Below are positions 1-12,381 of a stretch of 64,000 nt of DNA, piece after piece. The stretch's first letter is position 1. Every line of letters begins with the position of its first letter. The stretch covers positions 5,828,001 through 5,892,000 of the forward strand of contig CP110439.1 of assembly GCA_026914245.1 (NCBI GenBank), read 5' to 3'. The position numbers and the translations under genes are program-made. Below the pieces are notes generated by a model that made no database searches, was not told the DNA's origin, and worked only from the letters and a program-made list of their open reading frames with translations. The stretch is from Puccinia triticina (taxonomy: Eukaryota).

Positions 1-171
1 AACTGATTTTCTACATACCCTCGCCGCTTTCATCATCACTGTGGTCCCCAAAAAAAACCCTCCCACCCCATCAAGCGAGTGTTGCGACCCTTTCAACTGA
101 CATGTATGTATGTATATATATCTGACTTCATCTTTTCCGCCTTATGTATTTGTTTTTTTCCTGCCCTGCAA

Positions 172-708
172 CCGGCCGCCAACAACTCCTCCGGGTCATG
201 GGTCCCAATGGGAACAACGTCCAGCCCCAGGCGGTCTCCCAACTCGGCCCGCTTCCGTCCGGATGGGAGATGCAACTGATGTCCACTGCCCGGGTCTACT
301 TTGTGGACCACAACACCACGACCCCCGTCTGCCAAGCTCCCTCGACCAGAACGTGCCCCAGTACAAGCGCGACTTCCGCAGGAAACTGATCTACTTCAGA
401 TCTCAACCCGCCTTGAGACCCAATTCCGGCTTATGCCATGTCAAGATCAGGCGAAGTCACATCTTCGAGGACAGTTATGCTGAGATCATGCGCCAGCAAG
501 CAAACGACCTCAAAAAACGTCTCATGATCAAGTTTGATGGCGAGGATGGGCTCAACTACGGCGGTGTGTTTTGGTATGTTGAACCGTTCTCTCCTCCTGC
601 CCCCTTGACCAGGATATTCTGACGTTTGTCACTCTCTCCTACGCCAGAGAGTTTTTCTTCTTGTTGTCACATGAGATGTTCAACCCGTTCTACTGTCTCT
701 TCAAGTAC
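172..708 (+). pseudogene. RSP5: Fragment of Rsp5/Nedd4-family HECT E3 ligase (last WW domain and start of HECT), frameshifted and truncated
   Basis: [24 protein letters not shown] (WW domain), then a frame change to [34 protein letters not shown]...[11 protein letters not shown]...[15 protein letters not shown]. An intron (about 573-647, gtatgt..ccag) is followed by [20 protein letters not shown]. The expected KTTTW segment is deleted and the rest of HECT is absent. Confidence 0.9.
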
Positions 709-1131
709 TTGGCCGGTCTGAAGCTGCAGCAGTAGGTTTCCCCCCGATGATCAGATACATAAATGCTTGGCGTTGGATGGCTGGATGATGTTGATGCGCT
801 TGGCTGATGGAGGCTGACCGAGGCGGACTGCACCCGATTGCTTGAGCTGTTGCCCGCGCCCAACTGCAAGGCACTCTTCAGACGAGGGACCGCCAGGAGA
901 CTGCAGCGCAAGTGGGCCGACGCCCTCCAAGGTGTGTGTCCTGCTTATCCCTGTCCTCCATCACGAGCCTGTTATCTTACACATGTGTTGCTCATCAGCC
1001 CGCCTGCCAATTGGCATCTCTCTTTCCTTTTTCTAGATCTGCAGGCCGCCCTTGCCTTGGAACCGAACAACGCTAGCATCTGTGCCAAGTTCGAAGCGGT
1101 CAAGGCGCACCTCCAGGTTTGGCATTTTTAG
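709..1131 (+). pseudogene. TPR-repeat protein fragment (co-chaperone-like TPR)
   Basis: AGLKLQQ / EADCTRLLEL...NCKALFRRGTARRLQRKWADALQ / DLQAALALEPNNASI matches the TPR consensus KALxRRgxA...DxxxALxLEPxN. Putative introns at about 732-811 and about 932-1036. Confidence 0.7.
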
Positions 1132-1369
1132 CCAATCGGAAGGACATGATTACCTGATCCTCACGCAAAATGTTTGACCAGAAAGAACCAGCGACGGTAG
1201 AACCACCAGCGTCGTCATCGAAGGCATTGTCGTTGACTTCTGTCGCCAGCTCGGATTCCAAAGCCTCCAAGGCCCTTGTCATCCCCAAGCGCGGCGCCAG
1301 AGGGCCCGTCCTCAAGCACCCTGCTACAAGAACTCTTGACAACACGCTTCACCTCCTCGGACCCTTTCC

Positions 1370-1490
1370 GTGGTTTCCTCTGGCCCGATAGTCCCATTCA
1401 GCTTATCATAGCGGGCATATATTTAAACATCCTTCTGGGTTATAGCGCATTGGTAGGAATGTTTTGCATAGTCATCGCGCTTCACCAACA
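1370..1490 (+). pseudogene. Short ABCC/MRP-type ABC transporter transmembrane fragment
   Basis: LWPDSPIQLIIAGIYLNILLGYSALVGMFCIVIAL resembles the ABCC TMD1 motif W..P.Q.I.a...L...LG.SAL.G. No other part of a transporter is nearby. Confidence 0.5.
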
Positions 1491-3118
1491 GCTTGCTTAC
1501 ATACCAATCACCCCTCCCGCCTCTCACCCACTCCATCTTCTCCAACACCAAGATCGTCAACCTCCAAGGGCTCATGATGACCATGGAGGCCATCGGTGTC
1601 AGTCTTTCCAAGGAAGGACCCCAAACAGAAGGCCGCCAAGGACAAGGCCAAGTTCAACACGCTCTCCGCCACCGCCATTGCCAACTCCGCCAACCCGCAA
1701 AGCTTATGTAGTGCAAATACCCTTGACCAGGCCTCAACGCCGGCGATTGCCGCCAGACTGCTCTCAAGACTCCGCCCCTCCCATCCACGCCTTGCTAGGG
1801 CTTTTGGCGTTTGCCCGTCGCCTATCACAGCAGTGATGTAAAATCACCAGAGCTAAATCTGTACTGCATGACTTACCGGAGCGCATCAGCTTAGAATTTC
1901 ATGGCTGTGCCGACAACCATTGGTAACGTCCAGAAAACGGTGACAGTTGACTGCTTCTAGGTTCTTTATCTCAATTTTCAGAGAGATTAATCGACATCAT
2001 GCTTTGATTTATGTAACTGAATTCTTTCCAGTTTCCAGGGCATTGGCAACTGTGCGGGAAGCTCTCCTGTAAGCGGCAGAAACTTTTAACCAGGCCTTTG
2101 GTCTAGGATTCTTCAGATACTTAACCCTAAAAACTCACTCTGATCTAGCCTTGTGGGCTCCAACATCCCGCAGCGCTTTATTTTTGTTTTCTTTAATATC
2201 TCTTTATCAGCGACTACTTTTCTCAATCACATGAGTTGCATGTGGCTGGGGTTGGAAAAAATAAGTAAATTGTCTGATTGCCTCCAAAAAGCTGGGCTTT
2301 GCTTTCATCGGACTCAGAAACCGGAAAATTTGTCATAAAACTTTTGACTCGAACATTAGCCAGATCAACTTCTCAAGAGTGAATCAACCTCTATTCCGCG
2401 GTGGCTTTGCAAAAGCTGCTTTGTTATCTGTTTGGAGTTGAAAGCCTGTTTAGGTGAGCTTATCTACGGGCGCAACAAAGGTGAGTTTGGTTAGGCTTCG
2501 GAACAATTCTTTCAGATATTCAAGGTTGAAATCTTTCAGGAGAACACCGGGCAATGCCAGCGATTGCCTAACTCCCAGACCAAGATGATTCATATCAGAT
2601 TTGGGGAGGATCACTCGCATTGAAAATAGCTCTCTCCTGTGGGTTTAGACCCAAGAGCAAGTGTTGTCAACCTCAAGCACCTTGAGAAACACCTAAATAC
2701 ACCATGAGCTGTAGTACAGCCATTCTCAAAATAGATGTTGCACTGGACCGTTGCTACTGTTCACAACCCAAAAAGTGTTGGTAGGCACAAGCCAAAATTC
2801 AAGCTGTTGCCAACCAGAAACATATTCAAGCAAATGGAGCACAATGGTTGATTCAAAGGGGAAGGTTGTTGATAACCCTTCAAGAATGCAACAGGAAAGT
2901 CCTTGGATTTGATTTTGTTAGTCTTCCTCATAATTAAATTGGGCTATGTAATTGGATTTGAAATTCCTGTGGCGCCTTGCACTGGGCTGGAGAGTGCGCC
3001 TTGAGCTAAAGGCATAAGGCAACAACTGAATACACAAGGTTGCGCAAAGTGGCAGGCTGGTTGTGGTCTTGCGGTTGAACCATGCAGCGCACCAGCGCCT
3101 GCAGCGGCGGAGCCGCAT

Positions 3119-3800
3119 TGTACTCTAGTTGTTGTTATTGTTAATGTAGTGGTTGTTATGTATGTAGGTTGTTAAGTATATATAAGGCTGTAACTGTAAA
3201 GGTTGGGGTGACTGTGATTGGTGAGTGATGAACTGAGGAGCTGACAACTGGGGAGGAGAGAGCTCCTTATATAGACAGAAGTGGAGCCCCAGAGGGCTTG
3301 TGGGTTAGGGTTTCAGCTAGTCTAGACAACCGGGTGAGGGATTTTAGCTGGTGAGAGCAGATACAAATGATGCCATAATGTGTCAGGGGTAAAAAAATGA
3401 TGTCATAAGAATGCAGTAGCGCCGCATGAAGGCTGCGTAAAGTGACAGTAGACTGCATGATTTGACAGGTGGATGCAGGGGGTGCATAAATGAAGTCTGA
3501 GGCTGCAGAGTCAGTGTGTGATGACATCATAATATGGAAATAGAAGAGTACTTGATAATATGTAATGACTGTAGTCTGATGGGGAGATGTATGCTTGTAT
3601 CCTGTGATGTGTATAAGCATAATGCTGTGATCCTTGAGTTGAGGCTTGTGACAGGCTGGTGACTGGGTATGTTGAACGTGTGATGGGTGTCCAGTGTCCA
3701 AAGAAGTGTAGGTTCCAATCCAGAGGGGCTCCAGTGACACTTCCAGCGGTGACTAGGGGTAAAATTGGCCGTAGAATCCATTTCTGAGGTCTGTTTGATG
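3119..3800 (-). repeat. LTR-like repeat, related to the inverted copy at about 42060-43070
   Basis: The reverse complement contains ctatataaggagctctctcctccccagttgt and ctcaccagctaaaatccctcaccc, matching 42793-42825 and 42670-42790. TATA-like box; minus-strand TG..CA ends are possible at 3652 and 3119. Confidence 0.55.
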
Positions 3801-3928
3801 GTATCTTGAGGCGTGTTGTGAGTAAATATATGTAAGAGAAAAAACTTTTGATTCTTTCACTTTTCCGTCTACCACAACGTTCATTGCTAAGCCTCTTCAA
3901 CCAACAGCAATCTAGGAGCAGGAGAGAC

Positions 3929-6706
3929 ATGTCTACCGCCACAACAGCCAAGAAGGAGGAAAAGGATGTCATTTTCATCCCCTTGTTCAACGGCAACAAT
4001 TACCAAAATTGGTCCAAAACTATGCGGGTATATCTGGAATTCAAGAAACTTTGGAGCGTGTGTGAAAATCCTCTCCCCAATCCAGTATCCAGCAAGGACC
4101 AAGAAAAAGTCAACAAAGTCTGGCTAGTGCTCAACTCAAAGATCAGCCAAGACATACTCAACACTCTCTACAGTCTGCGGAAGGGATCCGCATAGAATAT
4201 GGAATTGGCTCAAGGAAAACTACGCTGCCGCATCCATATACAGCATATACCAAGTCTGGTCAGGATATCTCAGTGTTAAACTGGACAACAACCTCCTAAA
4301 ATACGTAATCAAGGTTGAGAGTGCATTGTTGAAAGCCCGTGCAATTGGTATTGACGTCATGCAAGCCATAGTCAGCTGCTCAATAATTAAACAAGTTACA
4401 GAGAAGAAACCTAATTTGATGTAGAGACTCCTTGGAGAAACCACAACTCTTTTGAATCTGTTCACCCTGCTTGACAAACTTCAACAGATATCCAACCACA
4501 AACAAGTCAAGAGAGCCAAGCTTGCACTAGCCGGAGCCCCGCCACCAGGACCCAGTCATGCACTCAACACAACGGCACAAGGGAAGAGACCTCTAGTCAG
4601 ATGCACACAGGGAAGACACAACCCAGATGCCGTACACAAAGAAAATCAGTGTTGGACCCTTCACCCAGAGCTTCAACTAACAAAGAAAAGTAGAGCCGCT
4701 ACAAATGCCACAACAACCTCATCCGCCCAGCCAACCAGCACGCCACCTGAGTCAGAGCAATACGCCTACAACACCAGCATCAACCTCAACAGTAGGCACA
4801 ACGTCATCCTCAACTCAGGAGCTAGCCAGCATATGTTCAACTTGCTGGACTTCTTTGTCAACACAGAACCGGCTCTAGTCTATATAGTAACCGGTGCAGG
4901 AATCAAAAGCTCAAGTCTAATGGCCACCAAGAGGGGCACAGCCAGATTGGTGCTAAACGACAACACCATTATCACGCTCAGCAAGTTGCTCTTTGTCCCA
5001 AACCTATCCACCAACCTCATTTCTTTTTCTCAACTCATCAAGGAAAAGGCGGACATCATTGCTGGCAACAGAACCATGATGATCACCCTTAATGGTGAGG
5101 GAAGTTCCTCCCGGCGAGCTCATGCAGGTGCTGCCCAAATACAATCTGCAATAGGCAAATCTTTCCCAAAAGAACTGAGGGAAGTGTGTGACACCTGCCA
5201 TAAAGGAAAAATGACCAAGCTGCCGTTCAAAAGCCAATATTTCAGCCCAACTCAGCAGACACTTGAAGTAGTTCATGGCGATATCGTAGGACCCATCAGC
5301 CCAGCCTCCAACAGAGGTGCACGGTACTTCCTCACCCTAGTTGACCAGCACACAAGGTTCATCAACATAACACTGCAAAAAAAACTGTGTCAACTGTGAG
5401 CAGTTGACATGTGGTAACTCTGAGGAAGCTTGTGGTGTTACACCAGCCTTACCCAAGGTTTGATTCAACCAAAGCTTCAATGCACAGTCACTGTGCACCT
5501 TGCACAATGACTGTGCCAACAAAGGCACTTGTGCATTCAGGTGGAGTTACAATGGTAGCTTGGCTTGAGTATCCTGCATGTCAACTGCAAGCAGTTGACC
5601 AAGTTTTTTTTTGCAGTGTAAGCCTACTCAACAAGAAGTCTGACGCTACCAAGGCAATCATCAACTTCAAGACCTTCTTTGAGAAACAGATAGACTGTGA
5701 AATCAAAAAACTAGTCACTGACGGCGGTGGCAATTTCTGCAACAACGCACTTGGCAAAATCCTGCAAACCAAGGGAATTCAGCACAACGTGTTGCCCCCA
5801 TACACGCCGCAGCACAACAGAATTGCCGAAAGGGCCAACCCAACTGTCATAGAAATGACCAGGTGCATCATGGCACCCAAGTGGTGGGGTGAAGCGGTTG
5901 TCATGGCGGCGGCAACAGCCAACTGCCTTCCTTCCTTGTCAAGAAGCCGAGCATCTCCAATGCAGTTATTTCTCAAGACAAAGCCAAATCTCCACCAATT
6001 GAAGCCGTTTGGATGTCGCGCTTGGGCGCTCAAGCCAAAAGCAAACAGAGCCAACAAATTTGATGCAATCTCATGGGAAGGAACAATTCTGGGATACACC
6101 AACAATATGTCATCCTATAGGATCCTCAGACACTTGGACTGTAAAATTATATGCTCACAACAGGTCCAATTTGTCAAGAATCACTTTCCGGCCTGCCTGG
6201 CAATCAACAAGAGTCATGGGGTACAACCAATTGGTAGCAATGACTACCTTGCAATGTTTGGCTCAGAACCCATCCTCCCATTTGAAGACGCAACAGGGAA
6301 TGAAGAGCAGCAAGAGGAAGATGAAGTCATCACGGAAGATCATCCAATCAGTCCCGAGACTGGAAAGGAAAACAAACTCACCGGCAAGCCTTCTTCATTG
6401 CAGCAACTGTCGACCCAAAATCTCACCACATGGCAATGAAAAGCCCAGATAGCCAACACTGGAAAGAAGCGGAGCTGAAGGAAATAAACAACATGAAGAA
6501 ACATGAATTCTGGATTGAACGCCCACGGCAACTGACTGACGAACCCATCTCCTCAACATGGGCCTACTGCAGAAAACTTGGATTGGACAATCAAATCATT
6601 GAATACAAGGCGCGCATTTGTGCACAAGGATTACGACAAACTTTTGGAGTGAACTTTGAAATGAAATACGCCCCGACCGGCAAAGCAGGTTCATTGCGCC
6701 TCCTCC
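3929..6706 (+). mobile_element. Ty1/Copia retrotransposon gag-protease-integrase-RT start (degenerate)
   Basis: Gag IPLFNGNNYQNWSKTMRVYL; protease ILNSGASQHM (DSG>NSG); CDTCHKGKMTKLPF; integrase VHGDIVGP...TDGGGNF...YTPQHNRIAERAN; RT start YKARICAQG...YAPT. Several stops and frameshifts. Confidence 0.93.
5371..5618. mobile_element. 248-bp CACTG-terminated MITE (CACTA/EnSpm-like) inserted in the Copia integrase
   Basis: Ends CACTGCAAAAAAAA...TTTTTTTTGCAGTG with a 3-bp TSD TAA (5368-5370 and 5619-5621). Removing it restores the reading FINISLLNKKSDA. Confidence 0.92.
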
Positions 6707-7528
6707 CACTGCAAGAAAAACTCTAGATACTGCTTGCAGTTGAGATGCAAGAGCTCAAGGCAAGCTGTGCCTCATGTAAGAATCAAGCACTGGTTGATTA
6801 CATGCAAATTGCATAATTTATGCAAGAGTGAGTCTAAGCTCCAAAAAACTGAGTACAGGCTCCAAAATACTGAGTTGATACCTGTGCAAATTCCCCTTTC
6901 ATGTGCACATGTCCCTTTTTATGAATTCACCCCTTTCATAATGTTACCCCTTTATGTGCACATACCCCCTTCATGTGCGTGTATACCTTTCATGTGCATG
7001 TATCCCTTTCACAATGGGTACATACCCCTTTGGTCATGTGTTCATGAAAATTTCATGTTTACATTTCCCTTTTGAGTATTTTACATCCCTTTCAATACCC
7101 CTTTCATCATTCAGGTTTACATACCCCTTTGATGTTTACATATCCCTTTCATGTGCAAATACCCCTTACTGCACATACTTCTTTAATACATACAAACCCC
7201 TTTCATGCATACATACCCCTTTCATAATGTGTAAATATCCCTTTTATGTGTTAATCCACCCCTCACATTCCCCTTCCATGCTTACATATTCATTTGTTAT
7301 GTACATATCCCTTTCATGTGTACACACCCTTTTTATGTTATTCTGGCTGGATTCAATGGCACATGGAGTGTTTGCTAAAATAAAATAACAGGGTGCTCAG
7401 GGGGATGCTCATTTTCAAGGTTGACAATTTGCCTCAGCCTACTGCATGATCACTACAGAATGTTCAGCATTCGGATGCTGAACAAGGTATACACTCATGG
7501 TGCACCAGCACAGAATTTGGATGCTTGA
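6707..7528 (+). mobile_element. Truncated copy of the non-autonomous CACTA element at 48828-49797 (right TIR missing)
   Basis: Starts CACTGCAAGAAAAACTCTAGATACTGCTTGCAGTTGAGATGCA and has the same (ata)cccctttcatg array. Similarity stops after gaatttggatgcttga. Confidence 0.9.
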
Positions 7529-7553
7529 GGCATGAGGGCACAAACTCATTGGG

Positions 7554-10500
7554 TCAGAAGCGCTTGGCTGGTGGATTAACAAACTTCGCAGCAGAGGGAG
7601 CCAATGAAGCCTCAGCCTTACCGGGACAGTCACGCTTTTCTGGCAAAAATTCCACCACCGGAGCTGGGGCAGAAGCAGATATACCAACTTTTGCAGCCAA
7701 TGAGTCCTCTGTTGTCTCCATTGGGTAAATCTCAGACTCCGGAGCTGGGGAGGGAGGAATGAATACCCCAGTTAAGTTTGGTAGTCTAGATTTATTCACA
7801 TTGCCACCGGATTTGGCCATCGGCAGTTGATCTGATATTTTGAAGAGTATTAGGGTCAGTCAAAGAATTTTCCAGTAAAATTAAGGCATTCAAAGGCTAA
7901 CCTTGTAATTTGTGATCTTCAACTGCTTGTGAAATTGATATGGATGGTACTAGCCCAACAGGAATTTTGCTAGAGTCTTCATTTGCCTCTACCACTTCTG
8001 AGCAGCTCTGAGGCAGAGGGACCTTGCCGTTATAAGATAACTTTAACAGCGTATTCATCCGCCTAAACGGGACCTGAGTAGCAAATCGCGGGTTGCCCTT
8101 TGATATCTGAGAAGTACTCTTGTTGACAAAGGCAACTTCCTCAGGAGTCCAGAAGCGCATATAAATGAGCCAGCTCGTGCTCTCCTGAGCTCTGCTGATG
8201 CTCCCGGGAACTGTGTCAACAATCAAAGCATGTCCCACCTTCATTTGGTCGTCATGCCTCCACACCCCCAGCAACCCATTAACGTGCGGTAAACTGTGAC
8301 CCCAATAATGTGAATTGCCAAAAAAGCCACGGGAGATCAAAGTGTAATCCTCGCCAAATACTGTGAGCTTAAAGGGCCAGTTCATTCTGCCCACAAAACT
8401 GTTCTGATTGTCTTTGTTGGGCAAGGTAGCTGTTTTGACGTGAAAATGTAGATGCGCCGGCGGCCCGGCTTTGGGAAAGCTGATTACTGATAATTCATCC
8501 AAGGTCTGAGTTACAGATGGGTCTTGTTCTTGATCTTGAACCTTCTTTGATTTACAAGTACGTTTTGTCTTTGGTTGCACAGCACAAGATTTACTTTGTA
8601 GACCACTTGTCCCGTTGAGTCCAGATGTTGACCAAAGTTTAACAAGCTCCGCGGGATTGGTACAACTGATTGCATTATTATCAAACATCGCACTGTGTAT
8701 CCTAAGGACAGTCAAAGATTGGTTTTCTCTAGGATGATGCACTTGACTGTTGTGGCAAGGAAAGGTGAATTCGCAAGATTCATCGACCAAAAAGAGACTG
8801 CGCAAGACTTTGCACTTGTTCTTTTTAGGATCCAGAATGCATTCGATGAATAGATCACATGATGCAAACGCCCCGGGTACAAATGAATCAGGACAAAGTT
8901 TCTGAATCACATCAAATAGCCCTTTGGACCCAGTAGTAAGGAATCCCCGCGGTGAATTTATCCCTTTCATTTTGTGAGTGGACCGTGACAAGAAGTGCTA
9001 GACAACACAGTTGAATAAATCCGTTGATTTTCCCCGCGATTCTTTGAGCCAAAGAGGGCTAAAGGTTGCGTATAGAGACTCCAGTCCAGCTGCCAACCAA
9101 CAGCAATTGGAAAACTCTTCCACTTTTGAGGCAGAATAAGATGTGTACGTGGTATAAGGGTTTCAATCAATGTTGACTGAGTTCAGCGGTCACGCCGTCT
9201 TTGCCCGTTTGGAATTGGGCTTGGCTTCAGCTAGCAGTAAGGCAGTGGTGTCTGGTGGCCAACCATTGTTCTTAGCTGCATTCTCTTTAGTAGCTGCCCT
9301 TTGTCGCTTTGTAGGTTTGACCCAGCCAATGGATTGAGATATGTCAACCTGGTTCTTTGGCTGGGACCTGTACTTGATTGGAATCCCTCGCATAACCATC
9401 CTGTAATCACGCTCCAGGGCCTTGAAAAAGGCATACAGCTGAACCATGCCCTTCATCATACACTTCTTACCTGGGCTGAGGTTATAAGGGAAAAAAAAAC
9501 AATCAAAATAGTATCTTGGAAGATGAGATGTTAGTGTGTGCTCACCTAAACATGTAATAGACCCGATTTAAGCTTTCCTGAGCGTTTGTTGAGCTTGGGA
9601 GGCCATCATCCCCATCTGGAAAATCTTCCAGCATGGCTTGACAGCTTGGGAAAAGCATGGCCTCTACATCTGCCATGGTCCACCAATCTAGCCACCGTTT
9701 GGTTTTGGGGAACAAACGCCACAACTTGTCAATTTTATCTTTGTGGCTGGGGCCGCCGGGGTTGGTTGGGTCCAATAGTCCAATGCACAATGATTGGAAG
9801 CAAGACTTAGAGCAGAGAAATTTATTTGAGTTAGTAATTGTATTTTCATCATAAATTTCCGGAGAATGAATTGAAATGATGCACACCTCTTCATCGGCTC
9901 TGACCACTGCACGGTTGCGCTTGATGCATGTGATGGATTGTCAGGTTCATGACAACCTTTCAGCTTCTTCATGGCGGAGAGCTTGTCAGTTTTCCCAAGC
10001 ACAGCCATGTATACAAAACCTCTCTTCTGTGCCTTAGAGAAGTTGACTATGCTTGTGGCCAACTTTTTGCGCTCTTCTGGAGTGATGGAGTGGATGAGAA
10101 ACTGTTGAAAGAGGACCGTGAAGTGGATCATGTAGTATTCTTTGGAGAGGCCCCAGACCCAACTTAACTGGACCGCAATCCATTGGCATATCTTGTTGCA
10201 GAACATTGGGGTCGTTAGTAGGTACCCGTTTTCGAAGAATCAATAGGTCACATCGGATATCAAGCCGCCAGAATAGAGTTGATGTTTGTCTTTGCACCGG
10301 TCCAACAGCCTCTCCGACATCCAGGGCGTTTGGAAAGTGAAATGCTGACGTCCGCGCCGGAACAAACACAATATGACTTCTAGGCCCTTCCTGTTGTTAA
10401 ATAAGTAAAACATAGGTAAATAAAAATGAAATAGGACACGGTCAGTAAATGAAGGAGATTTTCATGGAAAAAATGGAGTAGAATGACGAAACTGATCCCA

Positions 10501-11510
10501 TTGATCCATGTCAAGTATAAATTTAGCCCCTCCCCCGCCCTTCTTCCCTGTTGACTCTTTGATCTCATTTAGGATTTGCCGCCTGTAGTAACAAGCCCAA
10601 TCGGCATTGCCTAAAGACTTGTGAATTTCAGTGATACTTTCCAAAGTTTGACCTAGCCCGGTGGTTCCAACCTATAACTCAAGACGTTCCGCTGGTCATT
10701 AGAGGAACTGGCTTGCTTGGGAATTTAGATTAAAACAAAACACACCTTGAGTTGAAGAGCAGTTGCGCTGGGATTCTTCTTGATCTTGGCAACAAAATCT
10801 GCGCGGGCCAGGGGATCGGGCTTCTTTGAATCCGGCCATGGGTGGTTGTGTAATCCTTTGTGTCAGAGGAGGCCCCAGCCGGGCTGATTAATGTCTAAGC
10901 AACATTTTGTTCCCTCACAGGCCTGCCAGTATACCTTCCCTCCCACATTGACCAGCAGATCCGGGGCAAACAGGGCTCCTATGATAAATGTAGAGAAGGA
11001 AGAGGCTTTGTTAAAGTCGGGTATTTTTCTTTGGTTGGTTGGTGGGTTTTGGGTTACTTATGTGCTCAGTAGCTCTTGAATTTTTCTGGGGCCAGTGGGG
11101 GGTGGGCCAGCGTACTTGCATTCTTCCCGGTCGCAAAGCATAACTCCAAGGCACTTCACATGTACTACTTTCCACAAGTTGTTGTTCTGATTGTTGACGT
11201 TGACGGTCTGGGAGTAGCCAACCTTGGGGAAGTTTTCAAACATTGCGTTCTGCGGAACCACAAATGTCGTAGATTGGTTGGGGTAGAGGGGGTGGTAATC
11301 TTGCCTGTTGAGCAAGGTGCCGTGATCAATGAAAGTGCTAAAGCCACTTTCCATTGCGACAGGCAACTGCCATTTGGGGGGGACTTGGGTCTTAAGTTTG
11401 GTGGCGGTGGGACAATATATGGTGACGGGATGGTGGCGGGTAGTTGTTTGGAGTGGAGTTTGCGGGCCATGGGGTATGTTGATAGTGAGCGAGTGAGGGT
11501 GTGGATGCAA
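7554..11510 (-). pseudogene. Mutator-like (MULE) transposase with N-terminal GCM-like domain and C-terminal USP-like cysteine-protease module; intron-containing, degenerate
   Basis: VKCLGVMLCDREECKY and GLHNHPWP (GCM/WRKY-type); VQLSWVWGL...IVNFSKAQKRGF...LKGCHE (MULE core, CxxH region); SSTNAQESLNRVYY (catalytic Glu region). Downstream are SNCCWLAAGLESLY and YTLISRGFFGNSHYW...VWRHDD. Confidence 0.75.
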
Positions 11511-12114
11511 TTAAAAGGAATGATGTTAGCTGATACTGGTAATTATTTTGGTTGTGCTGGGGACCGGTTGAAAGGAATGTGTGAGAGAGGTGGGGAAAGA
11601 TTGTGGAGGGGGGGGGTTCTTACTTACCTCAATTTCTATCCAGAGCCGTTGAGCAAATCGAACAAAAGGAGGGAATGGATGTGCTGTGTTGGGAGATTGA
11701 GGTTGCCGCATCTGTACCAATTGTGAGTGTAGCCAAAGTATGGCCGGAACCTAAAAAGCTCAATGAGGGTCTACAGAGTTTGGATGATCCAAGAAGGGAA
11801 GAGTGGTATGTGCTGAACTCTAGACTTGCCAATGGGTGTAAGAGTTTGTATGTAATTTTAATTTACACTGCGGGGAGTTACAAATTTGCATGCTCCAAAC
11901 GGAGCATGTTAACTCGCAGGGTGTGAAACTGGGGGTGCAGGCCCGCAGGACTAATTTTGCAAGCCATGCCTTACATGTCGAATGTTTACGTGTGGTGGTT
12001 TGGCCTCCGCCAAACACAAATTTAATCTGCAGAAGCCCAAAGTGTAAATTTACATGGGTGCTTTTTACATTGCATGAAGCGTGTAAAACATACAATGTAA
12101 AATTACTCCACCCT

Positions 12115-12381
12115 GTTGACAACCAAGGCGCAATTGACCTTGCAAGAAGCAAAATTTTGCAGAACGGTTTCAGAACCAAACACATATTGGATATACGACT
12201 TCATTTTGTGCGAGAACTCATAGTGTCAAAACTAATCAAACTCAAGTACATCAGAACCAACACAAACAATGCAGATTTCCTAACAAAACCAACTGGACGC
12301 TGCACCATTTGCCCATTGGAGTCACATTGCCAGCAAGTTCTGCTTCTCACCAAACGGCTCAAAGCAACCCAGCCTGTCTAG
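12115..12381 (+). mobile_element. Copia RNase H C-terminus (probably the 3' part of the 3929-6706 element)
   Basis: VDNQGAIDLA...RTKHILDIRLHFVRELI...YIRTNTNNADFLTKP. Confidence 0.88.

Noticed and set aside
172..708. Functional RSP5 gene
   Set aside because: Frameshift and deletion in the WW domain; the HECT domain is cut off long before the catalytic Cys.
6734..7388. Cys/Pro/Phe-rich ORFs (also 49106-49363)
   Set aside because: They are translations of the cccctttcatg repeat array inside non-autonomous CACTA elements.
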